From Longimicrobiales bacterium (GTDB lineage Bacteria; Gemmatimonadota; Gemmatimonadetes; Longimicrobiales; Gaopeijiaceae): a stretch of 64,000 nucleotides of DNA. The position numbers and the translations under genes were made by a program. Shown here piece after piece: positions 32,796 to 40,100 of this stretch. The stretch covers positions 1 to 64,000 of the forward strand of contig CBDDCX010000008.1 of assembly GCA_965226375.1 (NCBI GenBank). The letters run 5' to 3'. Numbering within the stretch: position 1 is the stretch's first letter; the number at the start of each line of letters is the position of its first letter. Under the pieces are notes generated by a model. It was given only the letters and a program-made list of their open reading frames with translations, made no database searches and was not told where the DNA came from.

Positions 32796-33983
32796 TCACG
32801 CGCCCCAGACCTGTTCGTAGACGCGGAGCCAGTTTTCGCCGAGGAGCTTCCAGATCTCTGCGTTTGACCAGCCGCGCTCGATGAGACCTCCGGTCACGTT
32901 CGGCAGCTCCGAGATGTCTTCGAAGCCCCGGACGTAGAACCAGGGTTGCTCGCTGTACGCTTCGGGCGGCATCCGATGGCGATCCATGGGTTGGGCGACG
33001 TTGCGACCGGGCCCGTCCACGAAGTCGGGTCCCAGTGCGATGTGATCGGCGCCGACCAAGTTCTTTACGTAGTCGTACTGATCCAGATGCCGGTCAAGCC
33101 GCACCTGGGGCGTCCGCGGCACGTGGGCGTCCTGCCGCCGCCGGGCGTGGAAGTCGTTGAACGCGGTCATGCCGATCACCCCGCCGGTGTCCGCGATCGC
33201 CTCCATCAGCCGGTCGCTGATGTTCCGGGGGTTGTCGACCAGTGACCGGACGTTCGTGTGGCTGCAGATGACGGGCACGCCGCGGGAGATCTCCAGGGCG
33301 TCGAAGCTGGTCTGGTCGCCAGTGTGACCGCCGATGTCGAGGACGATCCGGAGGCCGTGGATCTCCTCGACGAGCCGCTCCCCCGCCTTGGTGAGGCCGA
33401 TCTGGGGCTCGATGCATCCGGCGCCGAACTCATTGGCCACGTTGTAGGCGATACCCTCAATCCGGAGCCCCATCTCGTAATAGGCCCGCAGCGCGGTGGG
33501 GTCCGGAGGGGGCGGTGAGCCGTCCGAAAGCCGCTCGGACGACTGCCATCCGAAGAGATGGGAGATCTTGCCGTCCGCCCGGGCCTTGCGGATCTCGGCC
33601 ACGGTGCGGGCCGGCACGATCCGGTCGCTGTGCTCGTCGAAGAAGTGGTAGGCGTTGGAGAACTCCTGCACGCCGCCACCACCTCGGTGCCAGCAGTTCA
33701 CGCCGCCCGCCGTGAGCATGTCAAGGTACTCCGCCCGGAGGTTCGACGGATCCAGCCCGTTCACCACAAGGGTGGCACGCTGGACCTCGAGGGGGTCCCG
33801 ATTCGGGCCGCGGTCCAAAGGATCGAGTTGGGGCCCGACCGGCGGCATCGGTCCTCCGTCCGCTCCGGACTCCGGCCCCGCCTCCCAGCTCGAGGCCGCA
33901 GCGGCCGACTCCGGATTCCACGGCGCCAGTCCCGCTCCCGCCGTCGCGACCGCCACTCGACCCAGAAAGCTCCGTCGTTTCAT
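32796..33983 (-). CDS. M19 dipeptidase-like Tat protein B (copy 1)
   Basis: KRRSFL; FGWQS, IAYN, DIGGH, SHTN, GPDF. Confidence 0.9.
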   Translation of the reverse strand: MKRRSFLGRVAVATAGAGLAPWNPESAAAASSWEAGPESGADGGPMPPVGPQLDPLDRGPNRDPLEVQRATLVVNGLDPSNLRAEYLDMLTAGGVNCWHRGGGGVQEFSNAYHFFDEHSDRIVPARTVAEIRKARADGKISHLFGWQSSERLSDGSPPPPDPTALRAYYEMGLRIEGIAYNVANEFGAGCIEPQIGLTKAGERLVEEIHGLRIVLDIGGHTGDQTSFDALEISRGVPVICSHTNVRSLVDNPRNISDRLMEAIADTGGVIGMTAFNDFHARRRQDAHVPRTPQVRLDRHLDQYDYVKNLVGADHIALGPDFVDGPGRNVAQPMDRHRMPPEAYSEQPWFYVRGFEDISELPNVTGGLIERGWSNAEIWKLLGENWLRVYEQVWGA

Positions 33984-34019
33984 GCTCTCCCCCTCCGTTG
34001 TGGGACATAAATGCGTATG

Positions 34020-35159
34020 TCACGCGCTCCAGACCTGCTGGTAGACACGCAGCCAGTTCTCTCCCAGCAGCTTCCAGAGCTCCGCATTCGACCATCCCCG
34101 CCGGATGAGCCCCCGGGTCATGTTCGGCAGTTGGGAGATCGAGTCGAAGTCCTCGATGTAGTAGAATGAGCCAGGATCGCTGTACATCTCCGGGAAGTTG
34201 AGCCCGCCCTGGTACGTTTCCGCTCCCTCCTCGATGTTGTCGATGCCGAGGGCGATGTGGTCCACGCCGATCAGCTCCTTGAAGTAGTCGTACTGGTCGA
34301 GGTGCTTCTCCAGCGACACCTGGGGCATGGTGCGCTTGTCTGCGTCGTTCCGGGTACGGATGTGGAAGTCGCTCACCGCAGTGATCCCGATGACGCCGCC
34401 CGTCTCGGCGATCGCCTCGGCCAGCCGGTCGCTGATGTTCCGGGGGTTGTCGACCAGTGCCCGGACGTTCGTGTGGCTGCAGATGACGGGCACGCCGCGG
34501 GAGATCTCCAGGGCGTCGAAGCTGGTCTGGTCGCCGGTGTGGCCGGCCACGTCGAGGAGGATGTCCATCCGGTGGATCTCCTCGACGAGTTCACGACCCT
34601 CCCTCGTCAGGCCGAAGTGGGAGGCCGTGCAGCCACCTCCAAACCGTCCCTCGGGGTTGGAGTTGTGGCCCACGGCCGAGATCCGGAGGCCCAGTTCGTA
34701 GTAGCCACGCAGCGCCCCGCGCCAGTCCTCCTCCCGCTCCAGAGCTGCCGGCCCCTGGAAATGGAACACCCGTGCGATCTTGCCTTCCCGATGGATACGC
34801 CGGATATCGCCGACGGTGGTCGCCACAACCATGTCCTCGCTGTTCACGTCGATGAGGCGGTAGCTTCCGCCGATCTCTGCAACGCCCGGGCGATGGACTA
34901 CCGAGCAGTTCACGCCCCCCGTCCTCAGCCGCTCGAGCTGCTCCACGGTGTCTCTTCCCGCATCCCGACCCTCGACCACAAGGGTGGCACGCTGGACCTC
35001 GAGTGGATCCCGGTTCGGGCTGCGGTCCGAAGGGTCGAGCTGGGGCCTGCCCGAGGAGGGGCTTCCTTCCTCCTCTTCTTCTCGGCAGGCCGCGGAGCCC
35101 GTCAGGGTTGCCGCCGCACTGATGATGGCCATCTGACCCACAAAATGTCGCCGTATCAT
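34020..35159 (-). CDS. M19 dipeptidase-like Tat lipoprotein A (copy 1)
   Basis: IRRHFV...SAAC; FHFQG, DVAGH, SHTN, GIDN. Confidence 0.9.
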   Translation of the reverse strand: MIRRHFVGQMAIISAAATLTGSAACREEEEEGSPSSGRPQLDPSDRSPNRDPLEVQRATLVVEGRDAGRDTVEQLERLRTGGVNCSVVHRPGVAEIGGSYRLIDVNSEDMVVATTVGDIRRIHREGKIARVFHFQGPAALEREEDWRGALRGYYELGLRISAVGHNSNPEGRFGGGCTASHFGLTREGRELVEEIHRMDILLDVAGHTGDQTSFDALEISRGVPVICSHTNVRALVDNPRNISDRLAEAIAETGGVIGITAVSDFHIRTRNDADKRTMPQVSLEKHLDQYDYFKELIGVDHIALGIDNIEEGAETYQGGLNFPEMYSDPGSFYYIEDFDSISQLPNMTRGLIRRGWSNAELWKLLGENWLRVYQQVWSA

Positions 35160-35196
35160 CCTTTCCCCCTTGTTGCGAGATGGAGGGACCAGGGCC

Positions 35197-36384
35197 TCAC
35201 GCGCCCCAGACCTGTTCGTAGACGCGGAGCCAGTTTTCGCCGAGGAGCTTCCAGATCTCTGCGTTTGACCAGCCGCGCTCGATGAGACCTCCGGTCACGT
35301 TCGGCAGCTCCGAGATGTCTTCGAAGCCCCGGACGTAGAACCAGGGTTGCTCGCTGTACGCTTCGGGCGGCATCCGATGGCGATCCATGGGTTGGGCGAC
35401 GTTGCGACCGGGCCCGTCCACGAAGTCGGGTCCCAGTGCGATGTGATCGGCGCCGACCAAGTTCTTTACGTAGTCGTACTGATCCAGATGCCGGTCAAGC
35501 CGCACCTGGGGCGTCCGCGGCACGTGGGCGTCCTGCCGCCGCCGGGCGTGGAAGTCGTTGAACGCGGTCATGCCGATCACCCCGCCGGTGTCCGCGATCG
35601 CCTCCATCAGCCGGTCGCTGATGTTCCGGGGGTTGTCGACCAGTGACCGGACGTTCGTGTGGCTGCAGATGACGGGCACGCCGCGGGAGATCTCCAGGGC
35701 GTCGAAGCTGGTCTGGTCGCCAGTGTGACCGCCGATGTCGAGGACGATCCGGAGGCCGTGGATCTCCTCGACGAGCCGCTCCCCCGCCTTGGTGAGGCCG
35801 ATCTGGGGCTCGATGCATCCGGCGCCGAACTCATTGGCCACGTTGTAGGCGATACCCTCAATCCGGAGCCCCATCTCGTAATAGGCCCGCAGCGCGGTGG
35901 GGTCCGGAGGGGGCGGTGAGCCGTCCGAAAGCCGCTCGGACGACTGCCATCCGAAGAGATGGGAGATCTTGCCGTCCGCCCGGGCCTTGCGGATCTCGGC
36001 CACGGTGCGGGCCGGCACGATCCGGTCGCTGTGCTCGTCGAAGAAGTGGTAGGCGTTGGAGAACTCCTGCACGCCGCCACCACCTCGGTGCCAGCAGTTC
36101 ACGCCGCCCGCCGTGAGCATGTCAAGGTACTCCGCCCGGAGGTTCGACGGATCCAGCCCGTTCACCACAAGGGTGGCACGCTGGACCTCGAGGGGGTCCC
36201 GATTCGGGCCGCGGTCCAAAGGATCGAGTTGGGGCCCGACCGGCGGCATCGGTCCTCCGTCCGCTCCGGACTCCGGCCCCGCCTCCCAGCTCGAGGCCGC
36301 AGCGGCCGACTCCGGATTCCACGGCGCCAGTCCCGCTCCCGCCGTCGCGACCGCCACTCGACCCAGAAAGCTCCGTCGTTTCAT
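35197..36384 (-). CDS. M19 dipeptidase-like Tat protein B (copy 2)
   Basis: Protein identical to 32796..33983. Confidence 0.9.
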   Translation of the reverse strand: MKRRSFLGRVAVATAGAGLAPWNPESAAAASSWEAGPESGADGGPMPPVGPQLDPLDRGPNRDPLEVQRATLVVNGLDPSNLRAEYLDMLTAGGVNCWHRGGGGVQEFSNAYHFFDEHSDRIVPARTVAEIRKARADGKISHLFGWQSSERLSDGSPPPPDPTALRAYYEMGLRIEGIAYNVANEFGAGCIEPQIGLTKAGERLVEEIHGLRIVLDIGGHTGDQTSFDALEISRGVPVICSHTNVRSLVDNPRNISDRLMEAIADTGGVIGMTAFNDFHARRRQDAHVPRTPQVRLDRHLDQYDYVKNLVGADHIALGPDFVDGPGRNVAQPMDRHRMPPEAYSEQPWFYVRGFEDISELPNVTGGLIERGWSNAEIWKLLGENWLRVYEQVWGA

Positions 36385-36420
36385 GCTCTCCCCCTCCGTT
36401 GTGGGACATAAATGCGTATG

Positions 36421-37560
36421 TCACGCGCTCCAGACCTGCTGGTAGACACGCAGCCAGTTCTCTCCCAGCAGCTTCCAGAGCTCCGCATTCGACCATCCCC
36501 GCCGGATGAGCCCCCGGGTCATGTTCGGCAGTTGGGAGATCGAGTCGAAGTCCTCGATGTAGTAGAATGAGCCAGGATCGCTGTACATCTCCGGGAAGTT
36601 GAGCCCGCCCTGGTACGTTTCCGCTCCCTCCTCGATGTTGTCGATGCCGAGGGCGATGTGGTCCACGCCGATCAGCTCCTTGAAGTAGTCGTACTGGTCG
36701 AGGTGCTTCTCCAGCGACACCTGGGGCATGGTGCGCTTGTCTGCGTCGTTCCGGGTACGGATGTGGAAGTCGCTCACCGCAGTGATCCCGATGACGCCGC
36801 CCGTCTCGGCGATCGCCTCGGCCAGCCGGTCGCTGATGTTCCGGGGGTTGTCGACCAGTGCCCGGACGTTCGTGTGGCTGCAGATGACGGGCACGCCGCG
36901 GGAGATCTCCAGGGCGTCGAAGCTGGTCTGGTCGCCGGTGTGGCCGGCCACGTCGAGGAGGATGTCCATCCGGTGGATCTCCTCGACGAGTTCACGACCC
37001 TCCCTCGTCAGGCCGAAGTGGGAGGCCGTGCAGCCACCTCCAAACCGTCCCTCGGGGTTGGAGTTGTGGCCCACGGCCGAGATCCGGAGGCCCAGTTCGT
37101 AGTAGCCACGCAGCGCCCCGCGCCAGTCCTCCTCCCGCTCCAGAGCTGCCGGCCCCTGGAAATGGAACACCCGTGCGATCTTGCCTTCCCGATGGATACG
37201 CCGGATATCGCCGACGGTGGTCGCCACAACCATGTCCTCGCTGTTCACGTCGATGAGGCGGTAGCTTCCGCCGATCTCTGCAACGCCCGGGCGATGGACT
37301 ACCGAGCAGTTCACGCCCCCCGTCCTCAGCCGCTCGAGCTGCTCCACGGTGTCTCTTCCCGCATCCCGACCCTCGACCACAAGGGTGGCACGCTGGACCT
37401 CGAGTGGATCCCGGTTCGGGCTGCGGTCCGAAGGGTCGAGCTGGGGCCTGCCCGAGGAGGGGCTTCCTTCCTCCTCTTCTTCTCGGCAGGCCGCGGAGCC
37501 CGTCAGGGTTGCCGCCGCACTGATGATGGCCATCTGACCCACAAAATGTCGCCGTATCAT
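36421..37560 (-). CDS. M19 dipeptidase-like Tat lipoprotein A (copy 2)
   Basis: Protein identical to 34020..35159. Confidence 0.9.
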   Translation of the reverse strand: MIRRHFVGQMAIISAAATLTGSAACREEEEEGSPSSGRPQLDPSDRSPNRDPLEVQRATLVVEGRDAGRDTVEQLERLRTGGVNCSVVHRPGVAEIGGSYRLIDVNSEDMVVATTVGDIRRIHREGKIARVFHFQGPAALEREEDWRGALRGYYELGLRISAVGHNSNPEGRFGGGCTASHFGLTREGRELVEEIHRMDILLDVAGHTGDQTSFDALEISRGVPVICSHTNVRALVDNPRNISDRLAEAIAETGGVIGITAVSDFHIRTRNDADKRTMPQVSLEKHLDQYDYFKELIGVDHIALGIDNIEEGAETYQGGLNFPEMYSDPGSFYYIEDFDSISQLPNMTRGLIRRGWSNAELWKLLGENWLRVYQQVWSA

Positions 37561-37597
37561 CCTTTCCCCCTTGTTGCGAGATGGAGGGACCAGGGCC

Positions 37598-37789
37598 TCA
37601 CGCGCCCCAGACCTGTTCGTAGACGCGGAGCCAGTTTTCGCCGAGGAGCTTCCAGATCTCTGCGTTTGACCAGCCGCGCTCGATGAGACCTCCGGTCACG
37701 TTCGGCAGCTCCGAGATGTCTTCGAAGCCCCGGACGTAGAACCAGGGTTGCTCGCTGTACGCTTCGGGCGGCATCCGATGGCGATCCAT
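37598..37789 (-). pseudogene. C-terminal 63 aa of dipeptidase B
   Basis: MDRHRMPPEAYSEQ...EQVWGA identical to the B C-terminus. Confidence 0.85.
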
Positions 37790-37819
37790 GGTCCTCTCCC
37801 GTTGGTGAGTTGATTCCCC

Positions 37820-38914
37820 CTAACCCTCGCGGTTCAGCGCCGCAGACACAGTGTCGGGTAACGGGCCCTCCAAGGCCCATGCCTCGCCCCCACCCAGGCC
37901 AGCCCTCAACGGGTCGGCGGCACCGATGATCCACTCGTGAACGCCCGTGATGTGGACCGCCGCCTTCACTCGCACGGGGCACCCCTCCTCGCCCGAGGCC
38001 GGCTCCACCACGACCTCGAAGCCGAGCCTCCTCGACCCGTAGGTCGTGATTGGCTCCCCGGCCTCGATCTCACCCCGGGCGAGCAGCAGGCTCGCCAGCG
38101 CTCCGCTCCCTGTGCCACACGGCGAGCGGTCGATCTGCGTCCGGTTGAAGAGCACCGACGTCTCGAACGCCCGCCCTCCGTCCCGGACCCGATAGACGAG
38201 CACTTCTGGAATAGCCGACCCCTTGAGGTCGATCCCCTCCTCCGCCGACCGCAGGAGTTCCCCCAGGACCCGCCTCCGCGCCTCGATCCCGGTGAACGCT
38301 TCCTCCCCCCGCTCGCCCAACTCCGCCACGTCGACCACCACGTAGGAGTTCCCGCACCAGACCAGGGCCGCGGTGATCCCATCCTCCCACGGCAACCCGA
38401 TCCCCTCCCCTAGGACCCGGGCCGCGGGAAGCCGAAGCGTGGCGCTGCATGTCTCGCCGTCCCCCTCTGCAGCCAGCACCGTGGTGACCGAGCCGTCGGG
38501 ATTATCGATCTCGAAGGGCGTTGCTAGTTCGCCGATCATCCGCTGCCACACCGCCACGCTGCAGAACGTCCCGTGCCCGCACCCCTCCAAGTAGCCCGCC
38601 GGATCGAAGAAGATCAGCGAGTACGTGCTCGTCTCCCGGACCGGCGGCCCCAGCACAGCCCCAAACTCTCCCGCGTGACCCCGGGGCTCTTGCATTAGCG
38701 CCCTGCGGATCCAGTCCAACTCCCGCCGGAAGTACGCGCTCCGCTCCAGCGCGTCGCCCCCCCGGAGCGGAGGCACCCCCCCATACACCACCCGGCAGGG
38801 CCCGCCGGCAGCGTGGGCGTCGACGCTGAAGAGAACTGCCACGTCTCGTGCTCCTCTGTCGTGGGAGCCTACAGGACCAGGACCGCCAGCCTCGCTCCGC
38901 AACCCGACCGACAC
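37820..38914 (-). CDS. Proline racemase / 4-hydroxyproline epimerase family protein (two catalytic Cys)
   Basis: VDAHAAGGPCR, LMQEPRGH, GCGHGT, DRSPCGTG. Confidence 0.92.
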   Translation of the reverse strand: MSVGLRSEAGGPGPVGSHDRGARDVAVLFSVDAHAAGGPCRVVYGGVPPLRGGDALERSAYFRRELDWIRRALMQEPRGHAGEFGAVLGPPVRETSTYSLIFFDPAGYLEGCGHGTFCSVAVWQRMIGELATPFEIDNPDGSVTTVLAAEGDGETCSATLRLPAARVLGEGIGLPWEDGITAALVWCGNSYVVVDVAELGERGEEAFTGIEARRRVLGELLRSAEEGIDLKGSAIPEVLVYRVRDGGRAFETSVLFNRTQIDRSPCGTGSGALASLLLARGEIEAGEPITTYGSRRLGFEVVVEPASGEEGCPVRVKAAVHITGVHEWIIGAADPLRAGLGGGEAWALEGPLPDTVSAALNREG

Positions 38915-39092
38915 GGACAGTCCTCATCTAGGCGACGCTCCACAGCTTCGTCCTAAATAGACACGGCACACCACTCCGCATTACTAATCCGGCGGTCGGT
39001 CCCGGATCGCGGATGAAGAGGGGGCGGGGCCCCGCTACCGCACGGCGTCGGGAGTCGTCGAGGTCCCCGGGCGGGCGGGGGCGGAGAGTGGG

Positions 39093-39120
39093 TGGAGGTC
39101 CCCCGGTTCAGTGGACAGGT
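39093..39120 (+). mobile_element. Orphan IS3-type terminal inverted repeat
   Basis: TGGAGGTCCCCCGGTTCAGTGGACAGGT, partner of 18209-18236. Confidence 0.8.
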
Positions 39121-39128
39121 CAACCTGG

Positions 39129-39612
39129 TTTGTTCCAGGCCCGGGCTCCCTCCACCCCCGAACCACGAACCTCAACCCCGCTCGCCTCTACCCGTTGCCG
39201 GATCCCCTCGGACACCGCGCCGTTACTCGCGGATCGAGGACCTCGGCCGGTCTCCCACACTCACGTTCACACTCGCAAGAGCAGGTGATATGGCACGACT
39301 AATGGCACTAGCCCACAAACCGTAGAGGTCGATCGCCCAACAACGGCGCGTTCAGGGGGGCGATCCTCTCTTTGTTCCAGGCCCGGGCTCCCTCCACCCC
39401 CGAACCACGAACCTCAACCCCGCTCGCCTCTACCCGTTGCCGGATCCCCTCGGACACCGCGCCGTTACTCGCGGATCGAGGACCTCGGCCGGTCTCCCAC
39501 ACTCACGTTCACACTCGCAAGAGCAGGTGATATGGCACGACTAATGGCACTAGCCCACAAACCGTAGAGGTCGATCGCCCAACAACGGCGCGTTCAGGGG
39601 GGCGATCCTCTC
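39129..39612. repeat. Tandem duplication 2 x 242 bp
   Basis: 39129-39370 repeats at 39371-39612. Confidence 0.92.
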
Positions 39613-39675
39613 TGACACCAACCTCAACGATGCGGATTTGACGGACGCGAACCTCGATAGGCGCCAAGCTGCTCC
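39586..39675 (+). pseudogene. Pentapeptide-repeat fragment
   Basis: FRGAILSDTNLNDADLTDANL...GAKL. Confidence 0.55.
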
Positions 39676-39987
39676 GGACGTCGTTTGGCCGCACTCGACT
39701 TCCCACCGAGCTGGACAACGTGGATTTCCGCGGCCCGTGCAGCCTCGTCCCATCCGTGGCACTCCCAGGCTCTCTCCGCCCTGAGGACCACGGTATTAGA
39801 TCCGCTCGGCGGCGGTCGGCGCCACGGGTTGGACCGCCCACTGCCGCTGAGACGTTGTGGACGAAACATCGACAGTAACGCGACACAGTCACAATCGCCC
39901 ACGATCGGCCATGAACGCTCATGACCGCTAGTTCCCCGAAAACCCTTGTGGGAGAACGGGTACGGCCGCTCCTGAGCGAATGGGTTA

Positions 39988-40032
39988 CGACTCATAATCG
40001 GTAGGTCGCAGGTTCGAGCCCTGCCGGGCCCA
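39988..40032 (+). other. 3' half of a tRNA with CAT anticodon (Ile2/Met), att-site scar
   Basis: CGACTCATAATCGGTAGGTCGCAGGTTCGAGCCCTGCCGGGCCCA: anticodon arm, T arm and acceptor 3' strand; no D arm or 5' acceptor strand. Confidence 0.85.
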
Positions 40033-40034
40033 TT

Positions 40035-40089
40035 GACGAAGGCCAGCCATAGCAACGGACGTGCTGCCGCGGCTGGCCCTTGTCGTTTT
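40035..40089. terminator. Stem-loop after the tRNA fragment, also downstream of the convergent M19 gene
   Basis: GACGAAGGCCAGCC...GGCTGGCCCTTGTC followed by GTTTT. Confidence 0.5.
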
Positions 40090-40100
40090 GGCCGGTGTGC

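Larger units (their letters stand above)
31451..37791 (-). repeat. Tandem array with 2401-bp period: B(3' fragment)-A-B-A-B-A'-B(5' fragment)
   Basis: Identical translated ORFs offset by 2401 (32796/35197, 34020/36421). Confidence 0.95.

Noticed and set aside
31625..37560. Diversity-generating retroelement behind the A versus A' differences
   Set aside because: Differences are not adenine-specific, include an indel, and no reverse transcriptase is present
39129..39612. CRISPR array (also considered for 19114-19152)
   Set aside because: Direct tandem copies without unique spacers; no cas genes
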